Positions 1 to 10,122 of a stretch of DNA of 64,000 nt are shown piece by piece. Made by a program: the position numbers and the translations under genes. The first letter of the stretch is position 1. Every line of letters starts with the position of its first letter. The notes beneath the pieces were generated by a model. The model ran no database searches. It was not told the DNA's origin and was given only the letters and a program-made list of their open reading frames with translations. Source of the DNA: Sarea resinae (lineage: Eukaryota); contig JAPEUD010000022.1 of the NCBI GenBank assembly GCA_026026165.1, positions 124,001-188,000 on the forward strand, written 5' to 3'.

Positions 1-814
1 GTTTACTCGCCTTGACGTGCATCATCCGTGCGTGCACGCCAGATGCAATCATCATCAAGAGGGATTGCGGGGCAACCAACGAGCAGATGACTGACAGCCA
101 TCGTGTACAGCAGGCTCGTCGGATCATCGTCAGAGCACCGCCTGAGATGGGGCAACCGTATCCGGAAGGTACTCTACCCTACTACGTAGTAGAACATGGA
201 ACACGGCAGAGAGAAGAGAAGCTGAAAAGGGCCGCGATCAACGGAAGCAGGGAAAATAACGCCACAGATACAGATACATACGCCGTAGAGGCCGTAGAGG
301 CCTGGCAAGTGGTCGGCACCGTGGTTGGTCAGTGGCACCGCTCCTTCGGTCGTCGGCCAGTCGTCGGATTCGAATCGGTCGGGCACCCGAGGCCAATGTT
401 GGTGAAATCGCGAAGTCGGGAAGACGGGAAGACGGGATGACGAGAACCGGCCGACTGCAGGCTGGCTGGCCTTGCAGACGGGATGGGAAGAGGCCAGGGC
501 AGTCGGATCAATCGAGCAATGATATCTTCGTAGATGCTTGCCATGCATCAATTTACAGAGGCAAGAAGTCAGTCAGAATAAGCATACGGAGTATACGTAG
601 TAGGCAATTCAACTCCAATTCGGCGGCCTCTCTCTGTCTGTCGGATCGTTGACCCCGACATATTCCATTCATTGCCGCTCGATCGACACGCCCATTGCGG
701 CATGAAGCGAAGATCCTTTCTGCGCCCAAATGCTGACCACCACGACCTAAGGTAAGCCACAGGACCCGTCGCGACCTCCTAACGGCGTGACAGCAGTGAC
801 CCGAGCACCAAGTC

Positions 815-850
815 ACTCCCAGTACTCCCAGTACTCCCAGTACTCCCAGT
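815..850. repeat. Tandem repeat (ACTCCCAGT)x4
   Basis: Four exact 9-nt copies read directly from the sequence. Confidence 0.95.
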
Positions 851-1133
851 GTCTCTTGATCCAAGCATCCACAGCATCAAGTACGGTGAGGTCGGGTATT
901 CACAGGTAATTATCCCTCATCGGTGCAGATCTACTTCATACTCCGGAGTATCGTACTAATGGATGCTGATGGCAATGACTGTCGTCGGCGGACAGCGATG
1001 GGATGGGAATGGCATCGGGTTTTACTACTTCCACTGTCGTGTTTATGTTTGATGGAAGGGTCGGGCGTGGCATGCTTTCGCGACCTTAGATGCCATGACT
1101 GTCGAATCAAATCGGTCATCTGACAGATCTAGG

Positions 1134-1168
1134 GAAGGCCACTGAAGGCCACTGAAGGCCACTGAAGG
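1134..1168. repeat. Tandem repeat (GAAGGCCACT)x3.5
   Basis: Three full 10-nt copies plus GAAGG. Confidence 0.95.
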
Positions 1169-2144
1169 TCTTCGAGGGTCGGTGAAGGCGGTGGTGATAG
1201 TAATGGTGACGGGATGGTGATGGAGGTGAGGGTGATCGTCGACGTCGTCTGTACCTCGAGACCAAGTACTCCGCACTCCGTATTTGTTAGGTCGTTCTGA
1301 TCAGGCTCACACGTGAGTCAATCGCCGAGTCGATGGACAAGTCCGCTCGGCACTGCCACCCGATCGCCCGTAAAGCCGCTGACCTTTTCGACCTCGTTGC
1401 TTCCAGACGTTTTCTAGCTTTGAGTCCTCCCCCTTCTACTACTGCGACGACTCTCTCGGTCCCTGATTTCCCCAGCGACCCAGTCGGCTCTTCTAAGCTC
1501 CCGAGCCCTCTCGGACTTTCTCTCGCCTGGGACTAACCCCTTGGAGGCTTGGGCCCTCGCCTACGCCGCCGTTTCCTGGTTCATGCCATGGTCCCCGAAC
1601 CACTCACTAATCCTGTGGCGGTGGCATGATCGGTCCCTCGAGACCTATCTGGAAAACTCTAGATGGGACTGGAGAATTGGCCATCGCCATGACTGACGTT
1701 TCGTGACCTATGTTAGGTCCTCGTGGCCTCGCCTTGTATCTTCTCCCGCCAGCATATAAGCTAGCCTCCGGTATCTCTTTTTAATTCATGTAAGCTTAAA
1801 GTGTGACCGTGCCTACTGAATGAATACCAGCTTGTCGGTATGATCGGGCATAAGGTACGTCTCCTTTATGTATCTCATCGTTGTATTGCTTCGTGGTTGA
1901 TCGATCCTGCAGGTGATTGATTGTTTCTTATGACCGGTTGCTTGGCATATGTCATTGCATATGTTGGTTTCCTGCTGGCGAGACGGCCAGATCGAGCCCA
2001 TGGATGTTGATTTCTCTGTGTTTTTATTTATTTATTTTTTTTGTCCTGTTCATCTTGTCTTTTTGAGAAAAGATTTGAGTAATTGTTTCAGTTCTTAATC
2101 CGATTCACACCCTTGTTCGATACTTGATCGTTCGCAGATCAATC

Positions 2145-3073
2145 ATGGACGAGACCATCAAGAGTTCGTCTTCGTCTGATTTCGACTCCAAAGAACAAGC
2201 CAAAGAGCGCATCTCCGAGCTGTCAAGAACGGCCGTAGAGCGACTACACCGGGTCCTGCAGAATGAATCGGAAGACCCAACTTCCTTGTTGGAGACTGCG
2301 AGGTCTTTAACCTCCGCCCTCAACAAAGATTCCATCATGGCTGACACGGTCAGCCTGGATGATGGGATTTTCCTCATTGACGGCTTTCAAAGGCTCGCAT
2401 TCCAGGATGCGGACAACGGCGGTCTACTTGACATTGCGGATTGGTGTATGGCTCAATGGCTAGGGATTCTTCAGCGCCACCCCGAGAATGTGGCAGCTCT
2501 GCAAGGTTTGTAGCGCTATCGGAAGCCTATTTCTCAACAATTGGCTAACAATCCTACAGGTCTCGGCCAAAACTGGCTCTCCAGGGCTCAGTCATCACTT
2601 GCACTGATCCACCGTGACGAGGGATCCTCTTCCAGTGGTGCAAGCGTTGGCAAGATTGGGCCCTGCGGTATGACCTACTCGCGGAGTGATGAAGAGCGAG
2701 AAGTGCGACGAGCATCTGTTCAAGCCAACGAAGATCGTCATTCGCCGCCGTACGTCGAAGCCCGCGGAGTCTTACGACCGTCGACGGAGTTTTTCCAGCA
2801 GGCAGTGCGTGCTGCTCAGACACAGGGCTTATTGAGCGGGCAATTGCTAATATCCGTAAGCGTCATCTAGTCCCTATATATCTGTTTCGTACACTAACGG
2901 TCTAGGCGGCCGAAGCTCACATGAGTCTAGGCAATGTCTCCTACTCGGATGCATCGGAAGATTATTTCCGTCAGGCGCTCGAGTATCTGCAACAGGCGTC
3001 AGAGATTCCAAATTACTCGTTGCCATCCTACCTGCAACAGTATCTGGAAGATTTTGGTCGGCTGGTGGAATGA
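2145..3073 (+). CDS. Fungal hypothetical protein, helical/TPR-like
   Basis: Exons 2145-2505, 2560-2855 and 2906-3073 join in frame across GT..AG introns with GCTAAC/ACTAAC branch sites. Helical motifs LGQNWLSRAQ and AAEAHMSLGNVSY...YFRQALEYL. Probable 5'-UTR introns upstream (1855-1912 and an acceptor at 2137). Confidence 0.8.
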
Positions 3074-4201
3074 CTAGAGAAGTGTGAACCGTAGGGTTCT
3101 GGTGTTGTGCAGCTTGACCTGACTTGTGTGGTAGATGTGCGCGCCGATCGAAAGTTCGAGAGATCGGTTTCGCGGTGGTGTTTTCTTTTTTGAAGACATT
3201 TCCTTTTGCATCACGACGTTCGGTCGGGAGTTGGATGATGGTCACATGGTCGGACGGTTGGGTTTGGATAGGGCGGGTATGGTAAGAAATAAGGGGTACA
3301 GGCAACAAGGGATCCGCATTGTTCTCATCTCAATCTTTGATCTGCTTATCTTTCTGCTTTTGCCCTGCTTTCTTTTCTGCTTGTTTTGCTATACTGTACG
3401 ATTACGCTGCTCTTGGTTCTCATGGGACATTCACTTATCGCATCAGCATCGACGTTATTAACCAATTTAGCGACGGCGCTCTATAGAGGGGAATCTTGAA
3501 GCGAGAAAAGCGAGCAAGAAAAGCGAACGCGAAAGCGTATGGAGATGAGGTCGTGGCGTTCGATCGTTTCTACAAAGGGGGAAACAGGAGATGCTTTTGT
3601 TCGCTCGTTTGGGGCATTTCTTTGGTTCTCCTTCACCGCGCTGGCGCAAGATGGTCTGTATTAGTATCTCCTATCTTTTGTTGCTATCTTCGATACCATG
3701 ATCTCTCCTGATTCAATTGTATTGATCGTTTGACGAACGTGTAACCTTGTACACTTCTTCGTTTCCACTTGATTCCTACTGAAGTAGACGACAGGAGAAG
3801 AAGAGAGAATCTTCCAAGTTGGTTGGTGTGAAGGTCCTCGTTACATTGGTTACCTTGCACAGCCACACCACCATCCCAAACGATCCTAGCGCGCGCCGCA
3901 CCAGCGATCGCCTTCGCGTGGACATTGGCGGGATCACATGGATGCCAGACGATGACGTCGTTTCCGTCGTAAGGCTGGGCTGTTGTAGGCAGGGTCGGTA
4001 TTCAAGTTTCAACGCGGTCTTCTCTGCAACCTATATATCCTCTGATGGATTATTCTCTGGCAATCGTCTGACAGTTTCTTACATTACATCTGCACCTCCT
4101 ACTCAATACAAGTTCCTCGCGACTTGCCAGACATACCTATACACAGGAGCTTTCACCCGAGCGAATCTCACCATCTCATTACCCCCCAAACAAAAGACAA
4201 A

Positions 4202-4576
4202 ATGCCCCACCAAACACATTCAACACACTCGACCTCGGACGACGGGGCGACGGAAACCACGACGTCGCAATCGTCCTTTTCGACCTCGAGCGCGACGTTC
4301 GGGTTCGGCGCCAACGCCACGGCCTCGGCTGCCGCGCGGGGCTCCATCGGCGTCCAGAGCCACAGCACTCGACAGACGCGTGGGCCATCTATCGAACAGG
4401 CTCAGGTGCGACAGGGACAAGTTGGGAGTGGAGATGTTCCGGCCAGGGGGCAGGGCCGCGTGATTGAGGACGTGAGCTCTGGTCGCGGCGGTCGTGGGGA
4501 GGGCGATGGGGATAAGGATGCCGAGTATGAGGAGAGGATGGAGGAGGAATACGCGAAACGGGAAGGTGGCGCTTAG
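4202..4576 (+). CDS. Small low-complexity hypothetical protein (124 aa) ending YEERMEEEYAKREGGA
   Basis: ATG in AAAATG context, intronless ORF, Ser/Thr/Gly-rich body and charged helical tail that I recall from other filamentous ascomycete hypothetical proteins (not verified by search). Confidence 0.75.
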   Translation: MPHQTHSTHSTSDDGATETTTSQSSFSTSSATFGFGANATASAAARGSIGVQSHSTRQTRGPSIEQAQVRQGQVGSGDVPARGQGRVIEDVSSGRGGRGEGDGDKDAEYEERMEEEYAKREGGA

Positions 4577-4789
4577 CTTGGATGTTACTTGGCTTGGATT
4601 GGGCTTTTCTTATCTTTGTTGGGAATGGGGGAATGGGATTGAATGCGCTTCAAAGGCGTCCTGTGAGTATGCTTTTCTGTTTCGCATTTGGTGAGAAGGG
4701 GGTGTTAATCTTGTCAGGTAGACGGATGCGGGATGCAGTGAGGGAGGCAAGAAGGACATGCAGGGAAAAAGGAAAGAGCTGTGCTATAC

Positions 4790-5009
4790 TCTAGCAGAAA
4801 AGTGTCCCTTACAATCTCTATCTCTATTTTGAAGAAGTTCAGTTGAAATTAGTCAACCTGCTTGAGTCTTTATTCTAAGCTTGTAATGCTCTATTTTATA
4901 TTTACCGCAGCTTACTTCACTTTCCTACATATGCTACCTGTTCCTAAAACCTTGGCATTGATCAATTGTTGCAGACTAGAGTCCTTTCCTTGCTCAGATT
5001 AATAGGATC

Positions 5010-5058
<49 letters not shown>

Positions 5059-5130
5059 ATTTTTTTTTCCCCTCTCTCTCCCTCCCTCTCTCTCCCTCCC
5101 TCTCTCTCCCTTCTATAAGCTACTTATGCA
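4790..5130. repeat. AT/TpA-rich patch with (CT)n microsatellite
   Basis: Low-GC, TA-rich sequence followed by a long (CT)n run from about 5015 and CCCTCTCTCT repeats. Confidence 0.7.
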
Positions 5131-5417
5131 GTAGGTGGCCTGACCAGCCTTACCTTGTTTTTGATCTCTAGATCCACGCGAGTCTGCCTATTTCTCAGTT
5201 TCCTCTGCTAGAGAACGGCCTGCTAAAGAAACGCAAAAGGAGAGATGCGAATCAAGCAACATGAATTCTCCATCGATAGAGGGTGTAATTCAAGACCATC
5301 TTGCATGCGGAGAACCCTGCAAGTTTAGGCGAAGAGCCATACCATACCACCCCCGCCTTCACCTCCCCTCCCCGCCCTCGATCCCAGATCGTCTCATCGC
5401 ACCAGACTCGACACGAA

Positions 5418-6310
5418 ATGGTCAAAGACGAAGAGCTGGCCGAATTGGCCTACCCTGAGTACTGGGACAGACGCTACCTCGCAACGACGCACAAGGACGG
5501 GCATGACGGCGCACAGTCGACAGATGATGATTTGGATGCCGATTCCTTCGAGTGGTTCCGCACCTTCGACCACCTCCGTCCGTTTCTCACGAAGCAGCTC
5601 CCCGAGCCCTCGAGCAGCGCATGTCACATCCTGCACCTAGGGTGCGGAAACAGCGTGTGATCTCTCCCCCCCCCCCCCCCCCCCCCCCACCATTCCGCCC
5701 ATCCTCACCGCCCCGCCCCACCTCCCCAGAAAAGCACACAGCCACAAAGCCCAAAGAGACTGATACTACAGCTTTCCACGCCCTTCCCCCCCTCCAGACC
5801 CTGACAGCCGACCTGCACGCCCTGGGCTACCATAACCAAACCAGCGTCGACTTCTCCCGCGTCGTCATCGCCGCCATGCAAGCCAAGTACGCGCACCTGG
5901 CCGGCGCCCGCTGGCGCGTCATGGATGTCCGCGAGCTCGAGCTGCCTGATGCGTGTGTGGATGTGGCGATTGATAAGAGTACGCTGGATGCTATGATCCA
6001 TGGGTCGTTGTGGGATCCGCCTGACGATGTGCGACGCAGTGTGCGCATGTATGTCGATGAGGTGTGTGCCTTTTCCTCTCTCTCTCACTCGCGCATCACA
6101 TCGCACACATGGCGGCGGCTTAGCAGCTTATTGATCCCCTGTCTCTGTGTCTCACTCTAACAATACAGGTCTTTCGCGTCCTGCAACCCGGCGGCCAATG
6201 GCTCTATATCACGTACCGGCAGCCGCATTTCATGAAGCCGCTACTAGCGCGCGACGGCGACGACAGTAACGCATGGACGGTCACCGTCGAGGTGTTGCAG
6301 GATCCCGATG

Positions 6311-6344
<34 letters not shown>

Positions 6345-6426
6345 AGGAGGTGAAGCTGGTGGTGGACGAGGAGGCCGGGGAGCCGTGTTCGAGTATTTCG
6401 GCTACGTCATGAGCAAGAGGGTTTGA
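5418..6426 (+). CDS. SAM-dependent methyltransferase, EEF1AKMT4/METTL13 N-terminal-like family
   Basis: Exons 5418-5654, 5798-6061 and 6169-6426 are in frame. Motifs YWDRRY, FEWF, ILHLGCGNS (motif I), SVDFS, VMDVR, IDKSTLDAM, RVLQPGGQWLYITYRQPHF. Confidence 0.9.
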
Positions 6427-6439
6427 AGGGTTGGGGGTC

Positions 6440-8000
6440 CTTTTACCTACCTACCTACCTGCCTGCCTACCTGCCTACCTGCCTACCCGCCCACCACGTA
6501 CAACTCATAGCTCACGCACTCACGCCTCGCACTACAACCAGTCGAAGCGGGCCAGCCCCGGGGCTCTCTGACCAAAGGAGCGCCACGGCTTCTGAAAGGT
6601 CCTTCGCTTCTCCGCGTTGAGCGGACGTGAAAAGGGAGAAAGAGAAAAGTGGAAAGAGAAAAGAGAAAAGGGAAAAGAGAAAAGGGTGCCATATCGCCTC
6701 TCCCTTTTTCATCGAGGAGGCGTAAACACGACCCCTGAGACCGACCCCACCCTTTCCGCGCACCCTCCTCCCCTCTCCCTCCCGGACCCCTTCCCGGCCG
6801 GCGTTGTTCTCTTCCACCGCTCTTATACTATACCGTGCCATTCGATTCCAGGCTATTCGACTCCATGCCATGCCATACCGGAAGTAAAAAGTAAAAGAGG
6901 GGGGGGGGGGAAGGGGGCGCGAAACACAAGCCTCAGACCGAGTCGTCGAGCCGACGCAGAGCGACGGTGTCGTTATTAATACCAAAGGCTACTATCACGT
7001 CTTCCCAACCCCGGCCGGCCCCAACCCCGGCCCCGGCCCTGGTAAAGAAAGAAATAAAGAAAGAAGAAAGGAACAGAAACGGGATGAGATATGGGAGACG
7101 GGAGAGTAGAGAGGGGCAAGGAAGGGGAGGAGACTGGAGACTGGAGAGTGGAGTGGAAGAGGAAAAGAAGAAGAAGAAGAAGAAGAAGAAGAAGAAGAAG
7201 AAAGGAAGGACGTATAGTAGAGTCTACTGATGATGTCTAGGGTATGAAATATAGAGGACAGAGTCCAGAGGACAGAGGACAGAGTCTGGAATACAGCATC
7301 GAGTATACCTGAGTAGTAGAGGGTAGAGGGTAGAATACAGGATACACACACACACACACAGAGACACACACACACACACATAAACACACCACACACAAAC
7401 ACAATCAACGACCCCGTCCCCCTCCCCGTCCCCCTCCCCTTCTTTTGCCCTTTCCTCCCTCTGGCCAGTAATGCCTAATACCTAATCACCGACCACCACT
7501 CACTCATTCAACCATCACTCATTCAACCATCACCACTCAACCATCACCACTCACTTATTCAACACCAACATCAACACCCACACCCACACCCACAACTTCC
7601 ACTTCCACTTCCTTCCCTCACCATATATATCATTCTTGTCTCATCATTCAATTTTTCTTCAACTTTTCATCCTACAGTCTACAGTCTGCACTCTGCACTC
7701 TACACTCTACACTCTACACTCTACATGACGCCATCAGCTTCAGACTATCAGATTCAGGCCTCTCTAATCTATGGTATGGTATGGCCTGGTACAGTATGTT
7801 ATGGTACAGTACAGTACAGTACAGTAGATCCTTCGAACGCAGACAGACGTCTTCTTTTTTTTTCTTTTTTCGGTTTCACGCCCTGCTACTTGGTTTGGTT
7901 TCTTGGTTTGGTTGGGTTGGGTTTGCGATGTGTGTTGGAGTGTGTTGGAGTGTGTTGTCTAATCTAATCTAGTCTAGTCTAATTCGATGCAAGGTTGTGA
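6440..8000. repeat. Microsatellite-rich convergent spacer: (CTAC/CTGC)n, G13, (GAA)n, (CA)n, (CAGTA)n and others
   Basis: Directly visible SSR arrays, e.g. (AAG)n at about 7165-7200 and (CA)n at about 7344-7380. Confidence 0.9.
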
Positions 8001-8184
8001 ATGAAGCATTCATTGCCCGTCGAGGGGAGGAGCCCTCGAACCTTGATCTCGAGCTCGAGCTCGAGCTCGAGCTCGGCATCTTCTTCTTCGTGGTGGGGAT
8101 TGGTTTCATTCATGTCGTTCAATCTGGGGCTCCACCTGCCCCCCTCTCCATTCCCCTTCCGCCGACACTCACTCACTCACTCAC

Positions 8185-8650
8185 TCACCCGTCCAGCATC
8201 TTCGTCTTCGCCTCGCCCAACAGCGCCCCACCACGCTTCGCATGTTCCTCCACCGTAAGCACCTCCTGGCTCTCCGGGACCAGGACCGGAAACGGCGTGA
8301 GCACGGCAGCGAGATCGACGTGGTCGCCCCACCAAGCCTCGCCGAAGCGGCGATACCAGCGCACGGTGCGGGCGAGGCCGTCGAGGAAGCCGACGCGCGG
8401 CGCCCAGCCCAGCGCGGCCATCTTGGCGCCGTCGATGGCGTAGCGCCGGTCGTTGAAGGGCCGGTCGGATGTGTGCTCGATGTGCTGGCGGATTTCGGCC
8501 GGGGTCGAGTGCGGCAGGTTGAAGAGCGACAGGAGGGTGAGGCAGAGGTCGAGGTTGGAGATTTCGGATTGTGGTGGTGCGGATGAACTCGAGGGCGGCG
8601 GTGAAAAGGAGGAGGGTGTGGTGGTGGTGGTGGTGGTGGTGGTTGTGGAA

Positions 8651-8686
<36 letters not shown>

Positions 8687-9914
8687 CCGACGTTGTAGGT
8701 CTGGCCGATTGTGCCGCGGTGCAGGATCGTGTCGAGCGCGTCGGCGGCGTCCGAGGCGTATAGGTAACGTCGCTTGTGCAGCCCGTCGCCGTGCAGCAGG
8801 CATTTACTGCCGCGGGCGAGAAGCAAAATAAATTTCGGGATGATTTCTGCGGCGGCGGGTTTGCGGGGTTAGTGGTGCGAATTAATATGGGCATTACCCA
8901 CGCGGGGCGTCAAAGAAGAAAAGGGCTGGAATAGGATCGCTGGAGTAGAGGATAGCCAAAACAAAACTCATTGTAAGAAATACTAGACAACAAGAAACAA
9001 ACGCACTCTCTGGAAACTGATGAGGTCCGTACACGTTGTTGCTCCGGACGATCATGACCGGCAGGTGGAAGCTCTTCCAGTAAGCATTGACCAGCATCTC
9101 GGCGGCCGCCTTGCTCGCCGAATACGGATTCGTCGGAGCCAGCAGACTGCTCTCGATCAGATCGCCCTCCTCGGGCCCGACCTCGCCATACACCTCGTCG
9201 GTCGACATGTGGATGAAGCGCTTGACGCCATGGCCCTTGGCGCTCTCCAGCAGCACGTGCGTGCCGTAGACGTTGGTGTTGGTGAACTGGTACGAGTTGC
9301 CGAAACTCAGGTCGACGTGCGACTGCGCCGCGAAGTGGAAGACGGTGTCGATGTCGTGCTCGCGCAGGCAGCGCATCACCTCTTCCGGAGACGTGATGTC
9401 GCCCTTGACGAAGCAAAAGTTGGCGCAGCCGTCGAGCGCATGCGTGTTGTTCAGCGTCGCGCAGTGGTCGAGTTTGTCAAACGAGACGATATTGTAGGCG
9501 TCCGGATACGTCAGGGTCAGATGTCGGGCCAGCCAAGAGGCACTGGAGTGCATAGATGGTCAGCATATCGTCAACGAGCAAAAGACCCGTCAAAAGACTC
9601 ACATGAATCCAGCACCGCCCGTAATCAAGATGTTCTTCGCATCCGGCAATGGCTCGAACCGTGTCGTGCCCGTCAATACTGGCGCCTCTCTCCACGGCTC
9701 CAGGCCTGGGCCAGGTGTAGGTGGCTCCTCCGCCTGGGACGGTGGGGATCCGTACGGAACGCGCTCTGTATGCGGCGCATCAGCCTGAGATGGCCTGCCA
9801 AGGAAGCAATTGAGGATCGAGCTGAATGAAGCACGCAAAGGCGATTCTTGGTGACCGAACACGGCGCGCGCACATACTTAGGCCTTCATCCACGCCGTTC
9901 GAAACAGAAGGCAT
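8185..9914 (-). CDS. dTDP/UDP-glucose 4,6-dehydratase (extended SDR; first step of NDP-rhamnose synthesis)
   Basis: Exons 9914-9878, 9765-9603, 9542-9007 and 8846-8185 sum to 1398 nt (465 aa). Motifs ILITGGAGFI, HFAAQSHVD, STDEVYG, NPYSASK (YxxxK), RSNNVYGP, DRPFNDRRY. Confidence 0.95.
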
Positions 9915-10066
9915 GATTGCTGGGGCGGTTGGTCGTGTTGTCGACTGAGCGCAACAGTCCTAGCTAGAGTGGCATTGGGCGGTCATCAGAAGCAGTGCGT
10001 GCCTATAAGAAGCAGAAAATTTCCATCGAGAGACCGTGGCGACCGAGATACTCCAGTTGGTCTGAT

Positions 10067-10090
10067 GTGCTGGTGCTGGTGCTGGTGCTG

Positions 10091-10121
<31 letters not shown>
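10067..10121. repeat. Hexamer microsatellite (GTGCTG)n(GTGCTC)n
   Basis: Directly visible. Confidence 0.9.

Positions 10122-10122
<1 letters not shown>

Noticed and set aside
12..1300. Short ORFs at the window start
   Set aside because: No codon bias, motifs or consistent splice structure; the sequence looks like leader or promoter DNA with tandem repeats.
1531..1540. GACTAACCCC as a telomerase RNA template
   Set aside because: A TTAGGG template needs about 1.5 repeats (TAACCCTAA); only TAACCC is present.
1615..1690. SECIS-like reading of the hairpin (AUGA...GA)
   Set aside because: The quartet register and AA spacing do not fit, it lies upstream of a gene, and selenoprotein machinery is not expected in Dikarya.
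9017..9055. Hammerhead-like CTGATGAG-stem
   Set aside because: The required GAAA is GATC, and the sequence is the antisense of a conserved coding exon.
9020..9829. 269-aa antisense ORF over the dehydratase
   Set aside because: Shadow ORF caused by GC3-rich codon usage on the opposite strand.
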